Notes: generated by a model from the sequence alone, not told the origin. Positions 1 to 8,202 are shown, counted from the stretch's first letter. The stretch: 61,501 nucleotides of DNA from a candidate division WOR-3 bacterium (GCA_965649125.1 CBFGJO010000004.1:1-61501); one strand, 5' to 3'. Numbers and translations are program-made.

Positions 1-398
1 ATAGCCTGCAACTATATAGCCACCATCAGTTGTCTGCGCGATACTGTGGGCTTCGTCATAGCTTGGACCACCAAAAGTGCGTGCCCAATCTATTGCACCA
101 GTAGAGGTAAGCTTGAGAATCAAAAAATCATAGCTGCCTGCACCATATGAGTTTGTAGAGCCTGCAACTATATAGCCACCATCTGTTGTCTGCGCAACAC
201 TCCAGGCTACATCATCGTATGCACCACCAAAAGTGCGTGCCCATTCTAATGCACCAGTAGAGTTAAGCTTGAGAACCAAAAATCATAGTCGCTTGCACCA
301 TATGAGTAAGTATAGCCTGCAACTATATAGCCACCATCTGAAGTCTGCGCTACACTGTAGGCATGCTCACCGCCTGCACCACCAAAGGCTTTAGCCCA
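1..398 (-). repeat. Coding tandem repeat, 156-bp unit (units 398-244, 243-88, 87-<1)
   Basis: The identical block gcctgcaactatatagccaccatc recurs at 4, 160 and 315 (spacing 156 and 155). Confidence 0.97.
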
Positions 399-458
399 CT
401 TAGCAGCAAACAAATTGGATGAAAAAACAAAAAATAATAAAACAATTACATACTTCAT
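1..458 (-). pseudogene. Secreted beta-propeller-type repeat protein (52-aa WARTFGG...DGGYIVAG repeats), frameshifted by a 1-nt deletion at 278-282; runs off the window edge
   Basis: RBS AAAGGAGGTG, ATG at 458, signal peptide MKYVIVLLFFVFSSNLFA. After restoring one T the frame reads WAKAFGGAGGEHAYSVAQTSDGGYIVAGYTYSYGASDYDF[L]VLKLNSTGALE / WARTFGGAYDDVAWSVAQTTDGGYIVAGSTNSYGAGSYDFLILKLTSTGAID / WARTFGGPSYDEAHSIAQTTDGGYIVAGY... Confidence 0.85.
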
Positions 459-532
459 CTCACACCTCCTTTCCTTCTTATCGTTGTTAACATTCTTTCC
501 AGCATGACATGCAGGGACCTTTTTCCTTTCAT
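455..532 (-). CDS. Small basic leader ORF, 25 aa (MKGKRSLHVMLERMLTTIRRKGGVR)
   Basis: Strong RBS AAAAGGAGGTG upstream of ATG at 532; its TGA overlaps the downstream ATG (ATGA). Confidence 0.55.
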   Translation of the reverse strand: MKGKRSLHVMLERMLTTIRRKGGVR

Positions 533-578
533 TTTTTCACCTCCTTTTTTTAAAAGGATTTAAACTTTTTTTAAGAGT

Positions 579-607
579 TATATTATACAGTTTTTTTTCA
601 TTGTCAA
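579..607 (-). promoter_or_regulatory. Putative sigma70 promoter for the leader ORF and repeat gene
   Basis: TTGACA at 607-602. TATAAT at 587-582 gives only a 14-nt spacer, the overlapping TAATAT gives 16 nt. The spacer contains an A8 tract. Confidence 0.45.
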
Positions 608-800
608 GTATCAAAACCTTTTTATAATTAGTGTTCTTTTGTTTTTGAATTTCCTTATTTTTCCTTACTTGATAAAAGGATAACAGAAATTGAAGCAAGA
701 TTGAAAGTGGATGTTTATATTCTCGGCTTTTCAGATTGGAATTATAACAATCCTTTTTCCGAGGCTAAATATCATAACTACTCCTTATTATATAGTGAAA

Positions 801-1979
801 TCAAATCTTTTCTTTTAAATAATTTTCAATTTCAATTTTAAATTCCTCTTCTGCATTTTGAACATTTACATTTTTTAAAAATTTTCCATCTTTATAAATA
901 ACTGCTTTCTTTTCGCCTTTTCCAGGTAAACATAATGCTAAATCTGCAAATCTTGCTTCTCCAGGACCATTTACAACACATCCCATTATCGCAATTTTTA
1001 ATTTCTTAAAATAGGGATAAATTTTTTCCCATTCACCCCTTTTAATTTTTAGATAATTATTTACTTTTTCTGCAATTTCCTTAAAGATTTTGCTATTTGT
1101 TCTTCCACATCCAGGACAACTTATTATTTCTGGATGAAAGCGTCTTAGATTTAGTGCTTGTAAAATTTCCTTTGCGACTTCAACCTCTTTTTTTCTTGGC
1201 TCCCCTTTTCTTTCTGTTAAAGATACCCTTATTGTATCACCAATTCCATTAAGTAAAAGAACCCCTATTCCTATTGAAGAGGATATAATTCCTTTAAGGT
1301 CCCCTCCTGCTTCAGTTAAGCCAATATGTAAAGGAAATTTTGTCCTTCTTGCAAGTTCCCTGTAAACATATATTAAATCTTTTACGCAAGAGGTTTTTGC
1401 TGATAAAACAATTTTATTTTCAGAAAGCCCAATTTCTATTGCCCTTTCAGCACTTCTTATAACCGATTCAATCAATGCATCAAGGGAAATTTCTTTTAAA
1501 TTCTTTTTAAAATCCTTATTCTCCTTTATTTTTTCATCAAGTATTTTTTTATCAACTGAACCAAGATTTCCACCTATTCTCACAGGTTTATCATTTTCAA
1601 TTGCTATCTTTATCATCTCATCAAAATTCTTTTGATGAACTATTGTTCCGGGATTTATTCTATACTTGTCCAGCATTCTTGCAGTTTGAGGAAATTTTTT
1701 CAAAAGATAGGCACCGTTGAAATGGAAATCACCAATTATTGGAACATCGTATCCTTCTTCTTTTAACTCTTTTATTATTACAGGGACTATTTTTGCTGCT
1801 TCCTCTGTATTAACTGCGATCCTTACCATTTCACTTCCTGCCTCAATCAATTCCTTAATCTCTTTTAAAACCTCTTCTTTTTCTTCAGTTTTTTTCTCTG
1901 TCATTGATTGAATTACAACAGGATTTCCTCCACCTATGTAGATATTCCCTATCTTTACAGAAATACTTTTTCTTTTCAT
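801..1979 (-). CDS. ispG: (E)-4-hydroxy-3-methylbut-2-enyl-diphosphate synthase
   Basis: IQSMT, GDFHFN, RINPG, HIGLTEAG, GIGDTIRVSLT, SCPGCGRT and MGCVVNGPGE motifs. Confidence 0.97.
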   Translation of the reverse strand: MKRKSISVKIGNIYIGGGNPVVIQSMTEKKTEEKEEVLKEIKELIEAGSEMVRIAVNTEEAAKIVPVIIKELKEEGYDVPIIGDFHFNGAYLLKKFPQTARMLDKYRINPGTIVHQKNFDEMIKIAIENDKPVRIGGNLGSVDKKILDEKIKENKDFKKNLKEISLDALIESVIRSAERAIEIGLSENKIVLSAKTSCVKDLIYVYRELARRTKFPLHIGLTEAGGDLKGIISSSIGIGVLLLNGIGDTIRVSLTERKGEPRKKEVEVAKEILQALNLRRFHPEIISCPGCGRTNSKIFKEIAEKVNNYLKIKRGEWEKIYPYFKKLKIAIMGCVVNGPGEARFADLALCLPGKGEKKAVIYKDGKFLKNVNVQNAEEEFKIEIENYLKEKI

Positions 1980-2054
1980 AAAATAAATTATAATGGATTA
2001 ATGTTTCAGTTGAAAAAATAAGGTCATTTTTCATATAATAAAAAACTCCTTTAT

Positions 2055-2129
2055 GGGGGCGTAGTTCAGCCTGGTTAGAACGCTGGCCTGTCACGCCAGA
2101 GGTCGCGAGTTCAAATCTCGTCGCCCCCG
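2055..2129 (+). tRNA. tRNA-Asp (GTC), CCA not encoded
   Basis: Acceptor stem GGGGGCG/CGCCCCC, discriminator G, anticodon arm CTGGC-CTGTCAC-GCCAG, T-loop TTCAAAT. Confidence 0.96.
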
Positions 2130-2142
2130 CTTATTTTAATAT

Positions 2143-3462
2143 ATGAGAAAAAAAGTTTTGATTTTAGGTGCTGCAGGCAGAGATTTTCATAATTTCAATG
2201 TTTTTTTTAAAGATAAAGAAGAGTATGAAGTTGTGGGATTTACTGCTACCCAGATTCCAAATATAGAAGGAAGAATATATCCTCCTGAGCTGAGTGGGAA
2301 ACTTTATCCTGATGGAATAAAGATTTATCCTGAAAAGGATCTTGAAAAATTGATTGAGGAATTAAAAATCAATATATGTGTTTTTTCTTATTCTGATGTT
2401 TCCCACGAGCATGTGATGCATATTGCTTCAAAATGTCTTTCAAAAGGTGCTGATTTCTGGCTTTTAGGACCTTCTTCTACAATGCTTAAATCAAATAAAC
2501 CTGTGGTTAGCGTATGTGCTGTAAGAACTGGTTGTGGGAAAAGTCAGACAACAAGGAAGGTGGCAAAAATTTTAAAAGACAAGGGCAAAAATGTTGTCAT
2601 AGTGAGACATCCAATGCCATATGGTGATTTAAGAAAACAGGTTTTTCAAAAATTTGAAAAATTCTCTGACCTTGATAAATATAATTGTACAATTGAAGAA
2701 AGGGAGGAATTTGAACCACATTTAAGATACGGATTTAAAGTTTTTGCAGGAGTTGATTATGAGAAAATTCTAAAGGAAGCAGAGAAGGATGCAGATATTA
2801 TTTTATGGGATGGTGGTAATAATGATTTTCCCTTTTATAAACCTGATTTACACATAGTTGTTACCGATCCATTAAGAGCAGGTCATGAAGAAAAATATCA
2901 TCCAGGTGAAACAAATATAAGGATGGCAGATGTTGCTGTCATAAATAAGGTTGATTCTGCACCTTATGAAAAGATAAATATTTTAAGAGAAAATATAAGG
3001 AGGCTTAATCCAAAAGTAAAAATAATTGAGGCAGTTTCAGCAATATTTGCAGATGGTGGAGAAAGGATAAATGGTAAAAGTGTTTGTGTTGTTGAGGATG
3101 GACCAACTTTGACACATGGTGAAATGAGTTTTGGTGCAGGATATGTTGCTGCTTTAAAATTCGGAGCAAAAGAAATTATTTCTCCTAAGAATTATGCTGT
3201 AGGAAGCATAAAAAAAGTTTTTGAGGAATACAAAGAAGTCAATCTTGTTCTCCCTGCTATGGGGTATAGTAGTGAGCAGATTAAGGAACTTGAAGAAACC
3301 CTTGAGAAGGTTCCCTGTGATATTATTGTAAATGCAACACCTGTTGATCTTTCAAAAATTTTAAAAGTAAACAAAGAGATTGTAAGAGTATTTTATGAGT
3401 TACAGGAGATTGGTAGTCCAAATCTTGAGGAAATTTTAGAAGAATTTTTAAGTAGAGTATGA
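2143..3462 (+). CDS. P-loop ATPase of the cyclic 2,3-diphosphoglycerate synthetase-like / arginine synthetase (ArcE-like) family
   Basis: GAAGRDFHNFN N-terminus, AVRTGCGKSQT Walker A, RHPMPYG, TIEEREE, WDGGNND, EDGPTLTHG. Confidence 0.8.
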   Translation: MRKKVLILGAAGRDFHNFNVFFKDKEEYEVVGFTATQIPNIEGRIYPPELSGKLYPDGIKIYPEKDLEKLIEELKINICVFSYSDVSHEHVMHIASKCLSKGADFWLLGPSSTMLKSNKPVVSVCAVRTGCGKSQTTRKVAKILKDKGKNVVIVRHPMPYGDLRKQVFQKFEKFSDLDKYNCTIEEREEFEPHLRYGFKVFAGVDYEKILKEAEKDADIILWDGGNNDFPFYKPDLHIVVTDPLRAGHEEKYHPGETNIRMADVAVINKVDSAPYEKINILRENIRRLNPKVKIIEAVSAIFADGGERINGKSVCVVEDGPTLTHGEMSFGAGYVAALKFGAKEIISPKNYAVGSIKKVFEEYKEVNLVLPAMGYSSEQIKELEETLEKVPCDIIVNATPVDLSKILKVNKEIVRVFYELQEIGSPNLEEILEEFLSRV

Positions 3463-4091
3463 AAAAATTTTTATTTTTTTTAACATTTTTAAGTTTTTCA
3501 ATCTCCATCTATCTTTCTCTTGTTCATTCACCTGCGGAAGAGAAGATGGGTGAACTTATCAGAATTGTTTATATTCATATCCCCTTTGCATGGTACTCAT
3601 TTATTTCCCTTACAATAACACTTATATATAGCATTCTTTATCTTTTAAAAAGGGATGATAAATTTGATAAGATCGCAGCAACGGGCGCAGAAATTGGTTT
3701 TCTTTTTTTAACACTTACAATTCTAACAGGTTCTTTATGGGCAAAATCTGTATGGGGAACATTCTGGGTATGGGAACCAAGACTTACAACTACCCTTATT
3801 CTCTGGTTTTTATATTTTACTTATCTTATATTGAGAAATTTTATTGAAACACCCGATAAAAGAGCAAGGATTTCAAGTGTACTTGGTATAATATTTTATG
3901 TAGATATACCAATAATTTATTTCTCGGTCTATCTGTGGAGAAGTGTCCATCCACTCATTTTTACACCAGGGAAAATTGGGATAGAGATGCCAATGAGAAT
4001 TGCGCTTTTTGCAAATTTAATTTCTTTCCTTTTTTTGTTTCTGATTATTTTTGATTTGAGATATAAAATTTATTTAAAGGAGGAAATTTGA
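3459..4091 (+). CDS. ccmC: Heme exporter / cytochrome c biogenesis protein CcmC
   Basis: RIVYIHIP and the Trp-rich motif GSLWAKSVWGTFWVWEPRLT, WRSVHP; multiple TM helices. Confidence 0.85.
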   Translation: MKKFLFFLTFLSFSISIYLSLVHSPAEEKMGELIRIVYIHIPFAWYSFISLTITLIYSILYLLKRDDKFDKIAATGAEIGFLFLTLTILTGSLWAKSVWGTFWVWEPRLTTTLILWFLYFTYLILRNFIETPDKRARISSVLGIIFYVDIPIIYFSVYLWRSVHPLIFTPGKIGIEMPMRIALFANLISFLFLFLIIFDLRYKIYLKEEI

Positions 4092-4189
4092 AAAATCTCA
4101 TTTTTTTATATATAGTATATTTAATCGGAATTGCAGGCATATTAATGTATCTTTTTTATCTTCACAAAAAGATAGAAAAGATTAAATAA
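4088..4189 (+). CDS. ccmD: CcmD-like small membrane protein, 33 aa (MKNLIFLYIVYLIGIAGILMYLFYLHKKIEKIK); not in the ORF track
   Basis: AAGGAGG RBS, TTG start overlapping the ccmC stop, one TM helix followed by a basic tail, located directly after ccmC. Confidence 0.7.
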   Translation: MKNLIFLYIVYLIGIAGILMYLFYLHKKIEKIK

Positions 4190-5335
4190 TTATTCTTTTT
4201 TCTCCTCCTCTTTTACTTTTTCCTCTTCTACTTTTTCTTCCTCTACCTCTTCTTCCTCTTCCGGTGCAAGCAGGTCTATTTCATCCTTCTTTTTATAAAG
4301 TATGATGAAGATGAGATTATTTCCACAGTAAAACATTGATAGGTGATATGCTAAAACCATGAATATTAAAAGATAGCCAATAAATCCAAGGATATAAGAG
4401 ATTGCAGCATGAAAACCAGAAAGTTTTATAACCGCTGGGACAAGAAGAATTTCTTCCATTCCTAAAAATTTAAAATAAGGAGACAAAATTGTTAAAAATG
4501 GATAAGATGGTAAAAATGCCCATGCATTGTTAAGTATATTTAAAAATTTTTCTCCCATTAACCATTTTGCAGAAAGCACCCATACACCTATACCAACTGC
4601 TCTTGCAGTAAAGAATGTAAATGTGCTGCCCGCGATAAACATTACAAAGAAAAGAAGTGCTTCATACACAAAAAGTCTCCAGTTCTGCTCATTCAATGTG
4701 GAAAATATTTCAAAAAGCGTATCAAATGTATCATTACCCGTTGTTCCAACTACTGAAGGAGAAATTAATAAAGAAACGAGGAATGAAGCAAGTAAATATA
4801 CAATGAAAAGGCAAACAAAAAATGCAGGAATTACAAAAATTATAAAAAATATTTCCCCAAAATATGGTATTTTATTGATTGCCCCATAAATAACTCCTGA
4901 AAGGAGTATAAGAAGAGTTATTATAAGTATTGCAACTGGAGCAAAGAATGAAGCGAGCCCCTTTGTAAATGCAAACTTTAAAGCCTCTTTTATTTCATAA
5001 AACTCATCACCCTTTAATTGTTCAAAATGGATTTTTGCAACTGCTGTTCCAAAAATGAATATAAAGAATGCAAAAATTAAAATTCCTATTATATAAATTA
5101 TCTTTGCCCAGGAATAAATCTCCCCAAATCCAAGAACTGGAAGAAGGTGATACTGAGTCCATAGTTCTTTAAAGGAATATCCACTTAAAATTCCTGCAAT
5201 ATAGGTGAATATTGAATAAAATATGCTTCCTGTGAAAATTCCAAGAAACATTACCCATATCTTTTTTATAGATAGCCCGAATCTTGCAGCACGGAACACA
5301 TCTTTGAAATTATAATGCAATTTTACAGGCATCAT
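4190..5335 (-). CDS. Hypothetical multi-pass membrane protein with acidic C-terminal tail
   Basis: 381-aa ORF with RBS, about 6 hydrophobic segments and an E/K-rich tail. Confidence 0.75.
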   Translation of the reverse strand: MMPVKLHYNFKDVFRAARFGLSIKKIWVMFLGIFTGSIFYSIFTYIAGILSGYSFKELWTQYHLLPVLGFGEIYSWAKIIYIIGILIFAFFIFIFGTAVAKIHFEQLKGDEFYEIKEALKFAFTKGLASFFAPVAILIITLLILLSGVIYGAINKIPYFGEIFFIIFVIPAFFVCLFIVYLLASFLVSLLISPSVVGTTGNDTFDTLFEIFSTLNEQNWRLFVYEALLFFVMFIAGSTFTFFTARAVGIGVWVLSAKWLMGEKFLNILNNAWAFLPSYPFLTILSPYFKFLGMEEILLVPAVIKLSGFHAAISYILGFIGYLLIFMVLAYHLSMFYCGNNLIFIILYKKKDEIDLLAPEEEEEVEEEKVEEEKVKEEEKKE

Positions 5336-5365
5336 TTCCTCCTTTTTAAAGTTTTAAGTAATTTT

Positions 5366-5395
5366 ATTATAATTTAAAAAAATATTTATAGTCAA
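5366..5395 (-). promoter_or_regulatory. Putative sigma70 promoter for the 4190..5335 gene
   Basis: TTGACT-18 nt-TATAAT on the minus strand. Confidence 0.55.
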
Positions 5396-5399
5396 AGAA

Positions 5400-6785
5400 T
5401 TAAATTTCCTTTAAAGCAGAAATTATGTCTACAACAGCTTTTTTACCATCCGAAAATAACATAAGGGTATTGGGCGCGGCAAAAAGTGGATTTGGAATTC
5501 CTGCAAATCCAGGACTCAAACTCCTTTTAATCACAACCACTGTTTTTGCTTTATCAACATCAATTATTGGCATTCCCGCTATTGGACATTTTGGATCTGT
5601 CCTTGCAAGCGGGTTGACCACATCGTTTGCTCCAAGAACAATTGCAACATCCACTTCGGAAATTGCTGGATTTACTTCATCCATTTCCTTCATTTTATCA
5701 TAAGGTATATCTGCTTCTGCAAGAAGAACATTCATATGTCCAGGCATTCTTCCTGCAACAGGATGTATCCCAAATTCAACATTTACTCCTCTTGCTTCAA
5801 GTAGATTCATTAAATCTCTAACAGCATATTGTGCCTGTGATACAGCCATACCATACCCTGGAACTATTAAAACCCTCTTTGCTGAATCAAGTAATATAGC
5901 AACTTCTTCAGGAGTTGTTGACTTTATTCTACCTGTATAAATATCAGTCTCTGTAACAACAACGCTTCCAAATCCACCGAATACAACATTTGCAACTGGA
6001 CGGTTCATAGCCTTACACATAAGATTTGTAAGGATTATTCCTGATGCACCAACAAGCGAACCAGAAATTATAAGAACATTATTATTTAAAACAAACCCTG
6101 TTGCTGCTGCTGCCAGTCCCGAGTAGGAGTTGAGAAGACATATCACAACTGGCATATCAGCACCACCTATTGGTGTAACAAGTAAAACACCGAGGATGGA
6201 TGAGAAAATTACGAGTATCCAGTAGAAAAGAATGAGTTTCGGGTTTAATACAAGGATCACTCCCGCAATAAGTGAAATGATCAAAAGAGTTAAATTCACA
6301 ATATGATGACCTTTAAAGAGTATGGGTCTTTCTTCTATTATTCCCTGAAGTTTTCCTGCTGCGACCATACTTCCCCAGAAGGTAACCGCACCAATTATTC
6401 CAGATGCAGTAGTTGCGAAAAGAAATTGTGTTGTTAAAGGTTTTGAAAAGTAAATTGCCTCCATAAATGCTACACCTGCAACAAGGAGCGAAGCACCTCC
6501 ACCAAATCCGTTGAAGATTCCCACCATCTGTGGCATTGCTGTCATTGGTACTTTGATTGCAAGGAATGCTCCAATTGCTGAACCAACAACAATTCCTGCA
6601 ATTATAACTTCAAAACTAACAATCCTTTTATCAAGAAGGGTTACTATTATTGCAAGGAGCATACCAAAAGCACTTAATAGATTTCCATTTACTGCGGTTT
6701 TCGGATGGGAAAGCATCTTAAGGCCAAAGATAAAAAGAACCGCTGATATAAGATAAATAAAATTTACAAACCATGTTGAGCCCAT
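5400..6785 (-). CDS. pntB: NAD(P) transhydrogenase subunit beta
   Basis: IGGADMPVVI, NSYSG, VPGYGMAV, GIHPVAGRMPGHMNVLLAEA. Confidence 0.97.
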   Translation of the reverse strand: MGSTWFVNFIYLISAVLFIFGLKMLSHPKTAVNGNLLSAFGMLLAIIVTLLDKRIVSFEVIIAGIVVGSAIGAFLAIKVPMTAMPQMVGIFNGFGGGASLLVAGVAFMEAIYFSKPLTTQFLFATTASGIIGAVTFWGSMVAAGKLQGIIEERPILFKGHHIVNLTLLIISLIAGVILVLNPKLILFYWILVIFSSILGVLLVTPIGGADMPVVICLLNSYSGLAAAATGFVLNNNVLIISGSLVGASGIILTNLMCKAMNRPVANVVFGGFGSVVVTETDIYTGRIKSTTPEEVAILLDSAKRVLIVPGYGMAVSQAQYAVRDLMNLLEARGVNVEFGIHPVAGRMPGHMNVLLAEADIPYDKMKEMDEVNPAISEVDVAIVLGANDVVNPLARTDPKCPIAGMPIIDVDKAKTVVVIKRSLSPGFAGIPNPLFAAPNTLMLFSDGKKAVVDIISALKEI

Positions 6786-6786
6786 C

Positions 6787-7068
6787 TTATTCCTTCCTTT
6801 TAAACATTCCGAGCATTCTATGAGTTACAAGATAACCACCTACAACATTTATTGTTGCAAAGACAACTGCTATAAAAGCGAGGAGTGTGGTTAAAAATGT
6901 TTGTTTTGAACCTGCAGAGATTATTGCACCTATAATTGTTATTCCTGATATTGCATTTGAGCCTGACATAAGAGGAGTATGAAGTATTGGTGGAACCTTT
7001 GTTATCACTTCAAAGCCAACAAATATTGCTAGAACAAATATTGTCAGGAATATAACAAAATTTTCCAT
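6787..7068 (-). CDS. pntAb: NAD(P) transhydrogenase subunit alpha part 2 (membrane)
   Basis: KVPPILHTPLMSGSNAISG; NVVGGYLVTHRMLGMF. Confidence 0.95.
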   Translation of the reverse strand: MENFVIFLTIFVLAIFVGFEVITKVPPILHTPLMSGSNAISGITIIGAIISAGSKQTFLTTLLAFIAVVFATINVVGGYLVTHRMLGMFKRKE

Positions 7069-7077
7069 TTTACCTCC

Positions 7078-8202
7078 TTAAATTCCCATTATTTCTTTAA
7101 ACCTTGGACTGAATATTTCACCATCTTTTAAAATTAATGTATCCCTTATCACTTCATCTTCAACATTTAATGAAATTTTACCCTCTTTAAAAAGATTTAA
7201 AATGAAATTTGTAATATTTCTTGAATACATCTGACTTGCATGATAGGGAAGTTGTGAAGGTAAATTTGTAAGACCAACTATTATTACATCATCTTTTTTC
7301 ACAATCTTTCCTGGCTCTGTTATTTCACAGTTTCCACCTCTTTCTGCAGCAAGGTCAATTATAATAGATGAAGGTTTCATATTTTTCACCATTTCTTTAG
7401 TTATTAAAAGAGGTGCCCTTTTACCCGGGACACTCGCGGTTGTTATAACCACATCACTTTCTATGAGCATTTTCTTCATCATCTCCCTTTGTTTTTTGTA
7501 AAATTCCTCATCCATCTTTTTTGCATAACCACCTTTATCTTCCGCTTCTTTTGCTTCAAGTCCAAGTTCTACAAACTTTGCACCAAGGCTCTCCACTTCC
7601 TCTTTAACCCGTGGTCTTATATCATAAGCATAGACAACTGCACCAAGTCTTTTTGCAGTTGCTATTGCCTGAAGTCCTGCAACTCCTGCTCCTATTACAA
7701 ATACTTTTGCAGGTGTAATTGTTCCTGCTGCTGTCATAAGCATTGGGAAGAGTTTTGGAAGAAGATTTGCAGCTATTAAAACTGCTTTATACCCTGCAAT
7801 TATTGCCTGTGAAGATAAAACATCCATATTCTGTGCCCTTGTAATTCTTGGAAGAAGTTCAAGAGAAAATAAGATAATTTTATTTTTTGCTATGTTTTTT
7901 ATCTCTTCAAAATTTGTGAAAGGATCAATTGTACCCACAAGTATTTGATTTTCTTTTATAAGATTTATATCCTCTGGTTTTTTTATGCAGGTTATTAGGT
8001 CGCATTCATCATAAATTTTTTTTCTATCCCATATTTCTGCCCCTTTTTCTTCATACATTTTATCATTAAAACCCGCTTCTTCACCCGCATTCCTTTCAAT
8101 GTAAACTGAAATTCCTGCTTTTTTAAGAATAGGTACTGAATCTGGAATTATTGATACTCTTTTTTCATCCTTATATGTTTCTTTTAGAACACCAAGTTTC
8201 AT
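7078..8202 (-). CDS. pntAa: NAD(P) transhydrogenase subunit alpha part 1
   Basis: PRITRAQNMDVLSSQ, MTAAGTI, GAGVAGL, GGYAK, DLAAERGGNC. Confidence 0.96.
   Translation of the reverse strand: MKLGVLKETYKDEKRVSIIPDSVPILKKAGISVYIERNAGEEAGFNDKMYEEKGAEIWDRKKIYDECDLITCIKKPEDINLIKENQILVGTIDPFTNFEEIKNIAKNKIILFSLELLPRITRAQNMDVLSSQAIIAGYKAVLIAANLLPKLFPMLMTAAGTITPAKVFVIGAGVAGLQAIATAKRLGAVVYAYDIRPRVKEEVESLGAKFVELGLEAKEAEDKGGYAKKMDEEFYKKQREMMKKMLIESDVVITTASVPGKRAPLLITKEMVKNMKPSSIIIDLAAERGGNCEITEPGKIVKKDDVIIVGLTNLPSQLPYHASQMYSRNITNFILNLFKEGKISLNVEDEVIRDTLILKDGEIFSPRFKEIMGI

Noticed and set aside
1-398. CRISPR array reading of the recurring 24-nt identical block
   Set aside because: The intervening sequences are themselves homologous, the period is 52 codons and the region encodes a protein repeat. 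There are no cas genes.
246-458. Track ORF of 70 aa as a complete small protein
   Set aside because: Its last 10 residues are out-of-frame product of the 1-nt deletion; the gene continues to the window edge.
620-800. Intergenic DNA as a possible DGR template repeat or gene remnant
   Set aside because: I see no similarity to the 156-bp unit. The open stretch (LLDKRITEIEARLKVDV...) has no convincing start or recognisable homology.
1885-2094. 69-aa minus-strand ORF
   Set aside because: It overlaps tRNA-Asp and the ispG start; a shadow ORF.
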